This document shows positions 19,792 to 31,800 of a stretch of 64,000 bases of DNA, one piece after another. Positions within the stretch are counted from its first letter, which is position 1. The number at the start of each line of letters is the position of its first letter. The DNA lies in the IMG/VR virus record IMGVR_UViG_3300028549_001461, positions 32,001 through 96,000 of that record; one strand, written 5' to 3'. Under the pieces are notes generated by a model. It had not been told where the DNA came from. It searched no databases and was given only the letters and a program-made list of their open reading frames with translations. The stretch comes from a virus. The translations under genes were made by a program, and so were the position numbers.

Positions 19792-22700
19792 TGGCTTATA
19801 CAAGAAATCCCAGACCTATAAATAGGTGTCAATATTGGGTTGAAAAAGAACCTATTCAGTGTGTTTATTGGGATAAGGATAGAACTGTTTGTATTTTTGA
19901 AAAAGAAGTAAAAACTAAATACAATAACATAGAAACTGTCTTTACACAGCGTGGTGACTTATACCCATTCTGTAATTATATCGGCACTGCAAAATTTACT
20001 TGTACTAAATATGCTGTTGTTTTACCACCAGAAGATGGTGAAGAACCAGCAGATCCTCCTGAAGAAGTCATAGCTCCTCGTTGTGTTTTACCAGACCCTT
20101 ATAGACATAAATCCAAGTCTCCTAATTGTACTAAGTGGGTAGTTCCTAAGATGTTTACTCCTACTGAAACTGGAGGACCACCTGAAGAATTAGAACCAAT
20201 GGACTATTCTGGTATTACTGGTTATAATGAGGGTGCTTGTAATTTTAAAAAGGGCGATGATAAGACTGGTGGAACTGACGTAGCTTGTGAAGGATTTGCA
20301 CCGCATCATTTAGGTTTTGGCATCGTACCTTTTCAAGATTTATGTACTATTAGTGGAGTTACTGCTAGCGGCACTATTAATAAAGTAGCAGGTTTTCCAA
20401 GCGGGCCGAATAAACCCATGAATTACGATGTCCTAAATTTAAGAGCCTTATTAGGTAGATGTAGATGGTGGGATAGTGATGACTATCTATTTGTTTTAGA
20501 ACAAGATGAAGATGGTAAGCTTACTATTGTTCCTCCAGATTTTAAATGTACTAATACAAGTCCATTAGTTACACCATTTGCAAACTTTTTTAATGACAAA
20601 GAAAATTTATACACCAGACCACCTTGTAACGGTGCCATGCCGGACTGCCCTAAGTATACAGGTAACTTGGCTTCTTCTGGTTTTATGCCTTATTTAAGTA
20701 GTATATATCTAAGATCTGGTGATAAAGTTTTAGCAGAGCAGATATTAGAAATTAGATATAATATTAGAAAAGATACTTGGGATGTAGAAGATTATAAAAC
20801 ATACTTTGGTTTAGAAGCAATACTTTACGCTAATGAAGGATCCCCACCAACTATTGTGTATAAAGGCGCTGTTATAAAAGATTACAGTCTAAAGGCTATT
20901 AAAACTGAAATAGATAATTTTCTATGTTTTTCCATTAAAAAAACACAGGTACTTCTTACTAAAGGTACTACTGCAGACTCACTTCTTCCAAAATTTCCTA
21001 CTTTAATAAAGGAATTAAAAAATATTTTATTAGAGCCTATTATTAGGTCTATATTTGACACTGAGTATAATTATACAAAAACTGACATTGTCAGTAAAAG
21101 TAATGAAGAACGCATATTTGAAACGGCTTTATCAGATCATGAAGAATTATTAATAATTGGTGAATACTTTGGTAATAACTCAAACTTGTTTGCTATAAAT
21201 ATAGACGACCCAAGTATGGATTTTCCATTTAATAACCTCATAAAATGCAAGAACATGTATGAGTATAAGGAGCTTTTTGGAAAAGTTATAGAAGATAAAA
21301 ATCTTGCACAGAGTCAGTTCGAAGTTGCCCACAGAAACTTAGCTTGTTACTTTAAATTATTAAGAGAAATATCCTCTGATAAAATGTATTTTAATGAGTG
21401 GTCAACTTCTTGCGCAGCTTTTTCTATAGGCGTTAAAACTTTTTTTGGAAGAAATAGGATTTTTGTTTTTGATACAAGTACAGATATCTATACTTTTGCA
21501 GCCATAACAGTTAGAAAAATATTTTGTGGGGGTTTAGTTGCACAAACAGCTTTTGAGGTTTCAACAGAACAAAAAGAAATGAGTTCATTGTTCGATTTTG
21601 AAATGCAAACATGCTTTCCTGCTTTCTCGCCTAAAATAAAATATGAATTTAAGCCTTTTAAAAGTTCAGATAATAAAGTTGGGGCTCTACCTTATCATAC
21701 TTATTTAGATACAAGGGTAATAGTGCCTCCTGGAGGTACTTCTACATTTAGTGAAACTTCTACTTATTTTCTAGGTTATAAATTATATAAAATAAAAGTC
21801 ATGGAGCCTTTTGTTATAGATTCCTCTTGTGATGACGAAGAAGATGGTAGACTTGTTTTTTTAGGAAATGAGGGTCATGTACTTGTTTACATAAATGATA
21901 AATTTAAACTTCATTCAGTAATTCGTAATTGGGACAGCGGTGAAGTTAATGACGCTGGTGATCCTATAGCTATGACTTTTTTCTTAAAAGGTAAAAATTG
22001 CAATGAGGAAGATGTATCTATTGAAATGGTAATATTGGAACAAAGTTCAAAAAGATTAGAAGTAAATCAGATAATACTAAAACCTAAAAATACAAATACT
22101 TATGTTAGAGTATACGACCCTTTTATTGAATTTAAATATGGTTTATATATTTATGAACGTTGGAGTTTTGAAAGAACACCTCCTAAAAATTACGAGGAGA
22201 TAAGAGACAATTACCCAGATAAAGATGTTAACGTAATTGTAGCTGCTGCTGCTCTTGAAGGAAGTCTATCCTCAGGTGATTATACAATAACTTCTTTACC
22301 AACTACACCTATAGTTGCAGCTATTATGTTTAAGGGTGCTAATTCTGGTAGAATAAAAGGACAAGTTAAGTCTGACCTACTTGTTTGGATAAAAAAACCT
22401 TTCTGCAGTGATGTTGAGATTATGTACTCTTGGCAAGCTAATTATCAAGAAACATTATTACTACCTAATGGTTACTGTTTTGTTGCCCATATAGACACCA
22501 GAAAAATAAAAACTTATGTTGGTGGTAGTGCTCCTAGATGTGGTGACCATCAGTTTGGTAGATATACTACTCGACCAAACCCGATGTGGTACCCTTATAA
22601 CGCTTGTGATAGGTATGCTGTTTATGGCTTAGCCAGTGGAAATTATGAAAACGATAATAGCGCTCCCATGGAATTTTGGACAAATAGTGTAGGTAGACCA

Positions 22701-25463
22701 GACTTTGCTAATACGACACATGGTTCAGATGATTTAAGAATGTTAGGTCCTTCAAAACATTACGGTTATACAGTAGATGCTCATGCAAGAATATGGGCGT
22801 GTAGTTGTGACTACACATATCATAATAGTGATATGATATCTACACCTTGGTTTGCCGGTTGGGCCAGAATAAGAGGTGGTATAGAAGGTGAGGCTTATTA
22901 TTACTTAGTTCAAAATGGTGGTACATCACCTAAATTTGGTAATAAACATAGACCTTACCTGCTGAGCTATAGGTCTAATGCAGCTATGCATTATCAACTT
23001 GTAAACGACTCTGGTGGTGTGTCTATACATAAAAAATGGATGCCTTCTTATGAAGCTTTTTCGGATCTTGGTTTAAGAGAAGTATTTAAAGAATCTCTAT
23101 GGAAGAACTATTTTAACGAATCAGATAATTTTTCTTTATATTATAGTCAACTTGGTCTTCTAAAAGCGAGTTCTACAGTTAATAAAATACCAGTAAATGA
23201 GAAGTTAGTAAGAGAAACAAGTGATGATACTAACACTAAATTAAAACGATATAGCTTTGATGAAGTATTTATTCCTCATTTTCTTTATAATGCTTTAGCT
23301 TACCCAGAACCTCGTAAAGTTTATTATAGAGGGAAAGATAATCCTAAACCAATAACTGCTTGGCTTACTTACAAAGATTACTCAGACGTATCTGAAAAAT
23401 CTACTTTTTCAAGAGATTTTGGTGGAGGAGGTGCCAGCGGTGATTGGGACGTACCTTCCCCAGGGTCTTCCCCTATAGACTTTCAAGAAAGCGCTGGTAA
23501 AGCTATACAGTGGGCTTGGAGAGAACAATGGTCACCTTTAGAAAGAGAACTTCTTGACATAAGAAATATTTTAAGAGACCTACCTTTAGATACTTGTAAC
23601 ACAGTAGTTGTGCATTCTAATTACTTAAGTTTTTTGAATATCTATTATTTAAACTATACATATGATTTTAGATTAAAAGAATATCGTCGTATCCCTTTAG
23701 AAGGATTAATAAAAATTAGCTGGGAACCCTCAGTTTATGAAAAAGAGGGCGATGAAGAAACTTCTTCAAAAAACAAACCACCAGTTCATTTCTTAGTACG
23801 TTTAAATAATGGTCCAGCTAGAGTTTTAAATACTAAGTTAGAAGTAATAACTGAAGCTTCTGATTTAGAGGAAGGTATAGAATTTAAATCTTTGTCAAGA
23901 TCTGAGACTGTTAGTCATATTGAATTTTATAAAATATGCTCATCTTCTTTTTGGATAAATAGTGCTACTAGTGTTACAGATTTAGAAACAATGTCTCTTG
24001 CTACTAAAGCAACAAGTGGTTTTATATTATACGACCCTGAGACTGAAGTGGTTAGCTCGGAAGATGCTGCAAAAGAAAAAGCCGATTTAGCTGAAAGAAA
24101 AGTTGCCTATTACGAGGATGGCGAAGAAAAATATTTATATTTTAACAGAGGGTTATATTTAAATATAAATGACGCCATGACTAAGTATGTACCAAAGAAA
24201 CTTGAAATTATTAAATTACCTTACGAAATAAAACTTTCAAGACCCTCGAACGACGATACAGACTACTCTATCATAGATACAAATTTATTTTATCCCGCTA
24301 TGGAATCTTTTGGTATAAAATATATATTTCAAGCAGAAACAGTTACTATAATATTCAAATTTGAAAATCCAGTGAATGTAGGGCAATTGGATATAGTTTA
24401 TTTTAAAGGTCTGGAAAGAGAGGAAGTTACAATAGATGAAAAGGTTTTCGATTTTATAAACTACTATCATATACCAGAAGTTACTTTAAGTAGATCAACT
24501 GATGGTGTTACCTTTACAGAAGTGCAAAATTTCCCATTCGAATCTGCCGATACTACTACAGAGAAGGAATTTTCTGTAAAATACTATAACATAACAAATA
24601 TAGACCAGCAATACATGTCAGAACCAAGTACACATTTCAGTGTTACTTTTAATTTTTCAGAAGATAAAGTTACCTTTACTAATGAACCAGCTAAATTTTT
24701 TCATTTTATTTATATTGAAACTATTAAGTTGCATAGTATTCATTATACAGAACAAGAGGAATACGTACAGATACATGAAAGAAAATATCATATTTCTGTA
24801 GGATCTTATGGTACTTATCCTGTCCATGGTTTTGAAGATCAGGGTTCTTTACTATATCCTAGTATTTCTGAACTATCTACATTATACCAATATGATACTT
24901 CTTATGGTATGGCTGGTATGTCAGATAGTGCTGGAGATTTTACTTCTGGTGGCAAAACAAGGGATAGAATAGCAAGACCTATACAAGTAGATATGACACC
25001 TTTAGAGGGGTCTTACTTAGATTTTGAAGCTAAACAAAAAGAGCTATATGATGATATAGCTTTGTCAGGTTCAGACACTATAACTTTTACTTCGGTTACT
25101 TCTGAGATTTTTAAAGAAACTATGAGTACTATAGGAGTTACTACTTTTCCAGAATGGACTTGTGAATTTAAAAATAATCTAATGATTCCTTTAATGCCAG
25201 TTAAAGAAAAAGAATTGTACTACCCTGAAGGGCATAATTGGACTTGGGATACAAAGAGTTTTAAGGATGTTTTTAATTGCGGAGGTGGTGGTTTAAGAAG
25301 AATGGCTACTACTTTCGCTTATAAATGGGGTAGGGTTTCTGGTATATATGGTTATGTACATGAAAGAGATATTTTTGATTTATACTCTTATGGTTTGTCA
25401 GATGTACTAACAAGAATGGCCAATCCAGCTGAAACTATTGCAGAGAGATTAAATAATTCTTAG
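19791..25463 (+). CDS. Very large putative virion protein, 1890 aa, with a Cys-rich N-terminal region
   Basis: Uninterrupted 5.7-kb ORF in the structural module; dense Cys in the first ~290 aa; discoidin-like segment (FKFENPVNVGQLDI...SRSTDGVTFTEV) near the C-terminus. Confidence 0.6.
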   Translation: MAYTRNPRPINRCQYWVEKEPIQCVYWDKDRTVCIFEKEVKTKYNNIETVFTQRGDLYPFCNYIGTAKFTCTKYAVVLPPEDGEEPADPPEEVIAPRCVLPDPYRHKSKSPNCTKWVVPKMFTPTETGGPPEELEPMDYSGITGYNEGACNFKKGDDKTGGTDVACEGFAPHHLGFGIVPFQDLCTISGVTASGTINKVAGFPSGPNKPMNYDVLNLRALLGRCRWWDSDDYLFVLEQDEDGKLTIVPPDFKCTNTSPLVTPFANFFNDKENLYTRPPCNGAMPDCPKYTGNLASSGFMPYLSSIYLRSGDKVLAEQILEIRYNIRKDTWDVEDYKTYFGLEAILYANEGSPPTIVYKGAVIKDYSLKAIKTEIDNFLCFSIKKTQVLLTKGTTADSLLPKFPTLIKELKNILLEPIIRSIFDTEYNYTKTDIVSKSNEERIFETALSDHEELLIIGEYFGNNSNLFAINIDDPSMDFPFNNLIKCKNMYEYKELFGKVIEDKNLAQSQFEVAHRNLACYFKLLREISSDKMYFNEWSTSCAAFSIGVKTFFGRNRIFVFDTSTDIYTFAAITVRKIFCGGLVAQTAFEVSTEQKEMSSLFDFEMQTCFPAFSPKIKYEFKPFKSSDNKVGALPYHTYLDTRVIVPPGGTSTFSETSTYFLGYKLYKIKVMEPFVIDSSCDDEEDGRLVFLGNEGHVLVYINDKFKLHSVIRNWDSGEVNDAGDPIAMTFFLKGKNCNEEDVSIEMVILEQSSKRLEVNQIILKPKNTNTYVRVYDPFIEFKYGLYIYERWSFERTPPKNYEEIRDNYPDKDVNVIVAAAALEGSLSSGDYTITSLPTTPIVAAIMFKGANSGRIKGQVKSDLLVWIKKPFCSDVEIMYSWQANYQETLLLPNGYCFVAHIDTRKIKTYVGGSAPRCGDHQFGRYTTRPNPMWYPYNACDRYAVYGLASGNYENDNSAPMEFWTNSVGRPDFANTTHGSDDLRMLGPSKHYGYTVDAHARIWACSCDYTYHNSDMISTPWFAGWARIRGGIEGEAYYYLVQNGGTSPKFGNKHRPYLLSYRSNAAMHYQLVNDSGGVSIHKKWMPSYEAFSDLGLREVFKESLWKNYFNESDNFSLYYSQLGLLKASSTVNKIPVNEKLVRETSDDTNTKLKRYSFDEVFIPHFLYNALAYPEPRKVYYRGKDNPKPITAWLTYKDYSDVSEKSTFSRDFGGGGASGDWDVPSPGSSPIDFQESAGKAIQWAWREQWSPLERELLDIRNILRDLPLDTCNTVVVHSNYLSFLNIYYLNYTYDFRLKEYRRIPLEGLIKISWEPSVYEKEGDEETSSKNKPPVHFLVRLNNGPARVLNTKLEVITEASDLEEGIEFKSLSRSETVSHIEFYKICSSSFWINSATSVTDLETMSLATKATSGFILYDPETEVVSSEDAAKEKADLAERKVAYYEDGEEKYLYFNRGLYLNINDAMTKYVPKKLEIIKLPYEIKLSRPSNDDTDYSIIDTNLFYPAMESFGIKYIFQAETVTIIFKFENPVNVGQLDIVYFKGLEREEVTIDEKVFDFINYYHIPEVTLSRSTDGVTFTEVQNFPFESADTTTEKEFSVKYYNITNIDQQYMSEPSTHFSVTFNFSEDKVTFTNEPAKFFHFIYIETIKLHSIHYTEQEEYVQIHERKYHISVGSYGTYPVHGFEDQGSLLYPSISELSTLYQYDTSYGMAGMSDSAGDFTSGGKTRDRIARPIQVDMTPLEGSYLDFEAKQKELYDDIALSGSDTITFTSVTSEIFKETMSTIGVTTFPEWTCEFKNNLMIPLMPVKEKELYYPEGHNWTWDTKSFKDVFNCGGGGLRRMATTFAYKWGRVSGIYGYVHERDIFDLYSYGLSDVLTRMANPAETIAERLNNS

Positions 25464-25474
25464 GAGGTTTACGT

Positions 25475-25870
25475 ATGTTTCCAATAATGTGTGATATTTG
25501 TGGTAACAGTTTATTTTTTGATTACCATACAACTATCGAGGAGTATCTTCCCAAGGTTAATTACATGCAGAATACTCTAAAAGATATTTGTGATGTCGCT
25601 CTCGATTCTCACTTAAGTTATAATTGTACTCATTGTGCTGAAAAGTTCAAATATACTTTTAAAGAAGTGGAACTAAAACTTATAGATACTATAAAAAAAG
25701 ATGTAAAAAGATATAGAAAGATATATGTATTTAAAAATATAATCAACCCTATGAACATAGACCCAGATAATGGCTTGGTTTTTTGTGGTATTTGTGATGG
25801 TGTGGATAATTTAGGTAATTGCTATAATGACATAAAAAATGTATGCCCTTTGGTAAAAAATGAGCTATAA
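25475..25870 (+). CDS. Zinc-ribbon-containing protein
   Basis: AGGAGG site; CDIC, CTHC and CGIC motifs plus further Cys. Confidence 0.7.
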   Translation: MFPIMCDICGNSLFFDYHTTIEEYLPKVNYMQNTLKDICDVALDSHLSYNCTHCAEKFKYTFKEVELKLIDTIKKDVKRYRKIYVFKNIINPMNIDPDNGLVFCGICDGVDNLGNCYNDIKNVCPLVKNEL

Positions 25871-28800
25871 TTTTCTTAAAGATGCTAAATCAATTAATAA
25901 CTCTACCCTTTGTAGATATGATTCTAATAGTGGTTATTTTACTGATTTCTCAAATAATGGGAATGTAAATGGTTGGACTATATACAACAACATATATATG
26001 TACGGTTGTTGGAATAATATATTATTTGGGTCTGCATATCTACCAGAATGTTACATAGGTAGAACAGAAGTATTTCTCTCGGTTAATGCTGAGAACTATT
26101 TTTTTATAGAATTTATTCTTAAAGTAGTGGACGAAAACCCTTCTAAAGTAGTTAAAGGATTAAAGAGGGGAAAAATAATGTGGCAACGTACAGACGATAT
26201 CACGTGGGCTGAAGATCGTACTATTTATTTTGATATAACAGGTATAAATACTTGGGAATACTACAAGTTAAATTTAGGTCCTTATAAATGGTGGCAAGGT
26301 GATATAAATAACTTACGTTTCTACCCTTTTGTTGATGCTCATACAGGTGATAAATTTTTTTTAAAGACTTTAAAAATTGTATCTGAAGATTATTGGATGT
26401 GTGTAAACACTTCCTGTTCGTATTACCAATTTTATGACCACCCTTGCCAAGGGGCTGGTAGAAGATTTTTTTGTGAATCTGTCGCTAAACTGCCTTTGTA
26501 TAATATTTTAAAAGGTACAAATAGTGAATTGCTTATTGATATTGATAACTATGGTATAGAAAGAATTGAGTTAGGTAACCATGTTAATATCTCAGGTAAT
26601 GATTTAGCCAGAGTGATTGGTAATAGTTTAAGTATGATTAATTTAGGTGGTTATTCTTTTGCGCAGGTTGACTATACAGATAATAATACATTTAAAATTT
26701 ACAGTGGTACAAATAGATTTGATAGTAGTGTAGTTTTGGTATATTCAGAGGCTGCCGAAGAACTTGGTTTTTTTAACTCAAAGAAAGAAAGCATTTACTA
26801 CACAGAAGTCGGGGAAGACCCTGCAACTGGCTTTGATTATGCTAGTACTAAATTATTACAAACATTCGAAATTAATGCCTTAGTTAATGGATCTAGTGAC
26901 ATAGCTTACATTCACAATCCTTCACAATATTCTGTAGAGGGTGGTAGGCGAGATTTCAATGAGATAGGTACTTCTAATCTTATATCTGAGTTAAATGATG
27001 TTACAGGATATGTGTCGTTCGATAATACAGGTAAAACCATTATAGACTTATCTAAAAAAATAGATAATAATGGTAAAATATCACATTTTTGGGTATACGG
27101 AAAACTTTACACTGGTGCATCTTTAAAAATACTGCGTCCGCATAATGATGGTAGCTTTTCTGTTGTGCATAGCATAAATCTACCAATGGAAGATCCTACT
27201 AAACTTTACACATCAAACCCAATTGTATCACGTGTTGATTGTGATGTTTTAGTTAATAAAGGAGATATTCTTGGAGTTTATAGTGTTGATATTTATGTAG
27301 GTCAAACAGCTTCAAACTTACCTGATGCGACGTTTATACAATTTAATGGAGATGTTAGTGGTAGAATTTATCCGGACATATCTTATTCATATGGTGTGGG
27401 TGGTTTTGCTATCTACGCCAGAGGGGATTTAAAACAAAATAATACTATTTTAGATATTGATTTAGGTTATAGATTAAATGTATCTGAATTTACAGTTTCG
27501 GGCGAAGAATTAGAAGGTTTTTATGAATTTAATTTAGCTTCTTGTTTAGATGTCACATGGTCTGTAGATCTTTTCGGAGAGACACACAATCATTCTGGTA
27601 TTTACTTATACACAGGTTATGGTTGGACAGATACACACACAAATATATATTATGGTAAATCTTGCCTTGATGATTTAATAGTAACAGCTGATAATGGCAA
27701 AGCTGGGGATATTTACACACAAGACAATGGTCTTGCTACATCAGGAGATCATTCTTACTTCTATGTCAACGGTGATTGCGAGTGGCCTTATAGTTTAGAG
27801 TGTACAGGTCTTACAGAGTATTGCGGAGGGAAATTACCACAAGGTGGAGCGTATAATTATACTACAGACCCAATATCTTTTACTTTATTTTTTCCAGCAG
27901 AACATGAATTTGATGTTCATAAAAGTATAATGTATTTTAAAGAAGAAAATAATTTTAAAAATATTGCCCTTTCTACTTATGGTGGTTCTTATCATTTTTC
28001 TGGAAATGCTGATAAAATTGAGTACGACCTTATCCCAGAATATAAGTATATTTATATAAATGGTGTTAGGTATTCTCTCGGAGATAATGATAACATAGAT
28101 AGGTATCTTTTCAAAAACCCAGCATCTAATGATTTATATAGTTCGTATTACACAGATGAAAGTAAGACAGCTGATCACATAGCTACTCATTTTGTTGATT
28201 GGAATATACTATCTCATGAGTTTGAGCCCATAAAATGTAAAGGTTTTAGAATATACTGCAACAACCACAATAGTACTAAAATTACAGAACTTGAGGTATA
28301 TTCAAGGATAGAAAATGATGTTTCTATGGTAGATAACACAATACTTCATTTTTCGGATTACAAAGATATATGGAGAACAACAGGTTTTAAAAAAATTGAT
28401 GCAAAAACTACTAGTGCCTTTATAGGAGGAACACCTAGATATTTTAGAGTTTATTTGGAATCTCAAACAGTTTTTAATATGAGAGAACTTATTATATCAA
28501 CTACTGAACAAAATTACGCAGATAATGATTTAGTTTTACTTGAAGATACACGCCAAGGTACCTTTGGAAATAGTAGGGCTTTACAAGTTACTAATACTTA
28601 TGATAAGGCGTTTGATTTAACTATAGACATACCAAGAGACTTAGTTAACAATAATAATATTGTTTTTTGGAATACACTAAATTCTTTGGAAGCTTTGAAA
28701 GATTCAGAATTTGGGCCATCATGTTTGCTATATAAAAACTTGGACTATCCAATTGTTTATAGCAGGGGTCAATGTGCAAATAACTGCTTTAGTTATGCTT

Positions 28801-31800
28801 TAAATAACATTGCTAGTGGTAAAAGTGCCTATTATAGTTATAACAACTATGATTGGTTCTACTACGGTACTGTTTCTTCGGGCATCCCCTTGAATTTTGA
28901 CAACACTACCTATCAAGGTAGAAATAATTATGAGGGGGCTATAACACCAGTTTCCAGTAAATTTTGGAGATTTGTATTATTAAATTCGGATAGAGTTATT
29001 GTTTTAAATGATATTCTTGTTTTTTACCAATCTACTCGTATACCTATTAATAAAATTTTATTACCTGATTTAACACCAGGATATGGTACGTCATACATCT
29101 CTTCTGATGGTTCTAATATACCTACTTTTTATATTTTAAAAGACTCTTTTTCTCTTGGTACTTGGGATGAATTTAGTATTTTTGGAAGTAAGAATCCAAC
29201 GGTTTCTATTTCAAATAATACTTATATGCATATTCTTGGTAGGACTGGTGATATAAATTTATCTACTTATGTTTTTGAAGGTACTAATAATTTTGAATTT
29301 AATATACATTATAAAATACCCTATGCTACCACAGTTAATATACCAGATGATAGTAGTTGTAAATTTGAATTCTACAATAATGTTTCTCGTAAAGTTTTTT
29401 ATTTAGTTTGGGCTACAACCTCTGCAGTAGCTAATTCATCCTGTAATAGTTCTGCTCACACGTTTAAAATATTTTTTGAAGACACTCAGGTCTATTCTAA
29501 TAATTCATTAGGGTGTTATTTTAACACAGCGCAGATAAACAAAATCTGTCTTAGAAAAGCTGGTAATTGGGTTTCTTTATATTTAGGAGAACATATATAC
29601 ATCACAACTTTTGCATATACCGGTTCTGATATTATAACATCCTTCTACTTTAGAGTTAGTTCTCAGATAACTTCTATTGATATTTATCGTTTAGATTTTA
29701 TATATAAAGTGCTTTTAAGTAAAAATTCATGGGTATCTATTGAGTTAAAAGACAACACACCTTTAGACAAACTTCAATTGATTGCTACGGGTGCTACACT
29801 AACTTTAGATACTCAAACTAGTACTAATAATATTAGTTATTCTTCTAATAATACCATTGTACTATCTAAATATGATATGTTTATTAGATTTGTACTTGAC
29901 TTAGTTAATAGACATAGTTTATCTATTGTAAGAAATTACGGTATAGGGGAGTTATTTGACATTTCTATACATTTGGACACAATTTTTTCTAATACTTCTG
30001 GTTTTATTTCACAGGCTATTTTTAATTCTACTTATATGGATTGTAGATGGTTATGTATAAAAATACAGTGCTCTGATAATATAATAAAATCTATTGAAAA
30101 ATTAGGTGTATACACAGATATAACAAAAATGTATTGTTTAAATGGTGGTTATAATAATACATGGAGCAATCTTCCTACAAATTTAACTACATATACACCT
30201 ATTATTAATATAGCACTTAATTCAACGGTATCTGGCACTACGTTTTATAATGATAACATACCAGAAAAAGTTAATGATGGTATGTTTACTGATTATACAA
30301 CGGATGCTTGTTGGGCTTTTGAAAAAGGCACAAACCCTAAAATATATTTTGAATTCGGTGCTGAGTATAATGTTGGATCTTTTTCTATACATCCTGGGTA
30401 TTCTCCGTCAATACCTAAAGGTTTTATCAAGTCTTATAAATTTAGTTTGGACAATACTCCTTCTGGAACTTCCAGAACCTGGAGTAATATTTGTCAAGTA
30501 AATGACATAACTACTTCTTCTAAAATAACTTATAATTTTAATTATAGGTATGCCAGAAGAGCTTTAGTAGAAATTTTGGACTTTGATGCTGTACCAGTTT
30601 TTCTTAATGATTATAATTCTTTTGCTACTAATATTTTTCTAGGATACATAAGAGAAATAGAAATTTTCTCAAAGGAACCTTTAGTATATATTAGTAGCGA
30701 AGATTATCCTATAGTATGCTTGGATTTGAGAGACACTTTTCAAGTAGTTGATGTTAAACTTTATAACTCTTTGGTTCAGGGTAGTAACGATCTAACTAAT
30801 ATAAATAATAACTATTGGGATAATAATAGTGAGTTTATAAGTTATTCAGATAGTTTAGTTGACATACCTCATAAGGCTCAATTTATGAGAGGGCAAGATT
30901 ACTCCATAGAATATGAAAATAATATTGATACTGGAGATTTGCAATACTCTATAAAATACTTAATAGATACGTCTATTTTTATAGCCAAAGGACATCATTA
31001 TCTTGATTGGTACGCTTATTATGCTACTAATGTAGAGAGCGTTAGTATTGATTTAGAAGGCTCTGTAACGATTACTTTGTATGCCACTAATTACGGAAGC
31101 GGCTGGAAAAAGCAGACTAGCGAGTTCTTTATTGATTCAGAAGGTTATTTTAATATATATGCAAGACAGAATGTGGACGCTGAGGCTTCGTGGGGAGTTA
31201 AGGATATTTTAATGTATCGTCTTTTTGGACTTACAAAGTGGGTAGCTGTTGTAAGAGATACAGCTACAAATTATTCATATGATTTCCAAGAAGGTAAGTT
31301 TGGTCCTGATTTTTTGGATAAAATAGAAGTGTACGGAGGAGATAAATATGTACCTACAGAGTATTGGTGGTGGTGGAGATCTGATTTAGCTATTTTGTCT
31401 AACGACAGTGTATATACCAAAGTAGGTAAAAGATCTCTTAAAATAAACTATCCAGCAGCTTCTTCTATGGATTTCTTAAGGCTTATAGAGGCAGATCATT
31501 TTGGACAAGATTATGGTTGGTCTCTTTCAGATTCTTTAAGTTTTTACCTATTTATAGATAACATTAATAATATTGATGTTACTTTTGGAAAAATTACATT
31601 AGGTTCTATAAATGGAACAACCTCTGATTTTTATTATTGGTGGGATATAAGTAATCTTAATCTGATTACAGGCTGGAATAAAGTTGTACTTAATTTTTAT
31701 GACTATTCAGGTGTATACCCTATAAATACTACAGGTTACTACACATATATAAAATCTGAATTGAATTTACAAAACAACGGTCGTAATATAACTACGTTTA

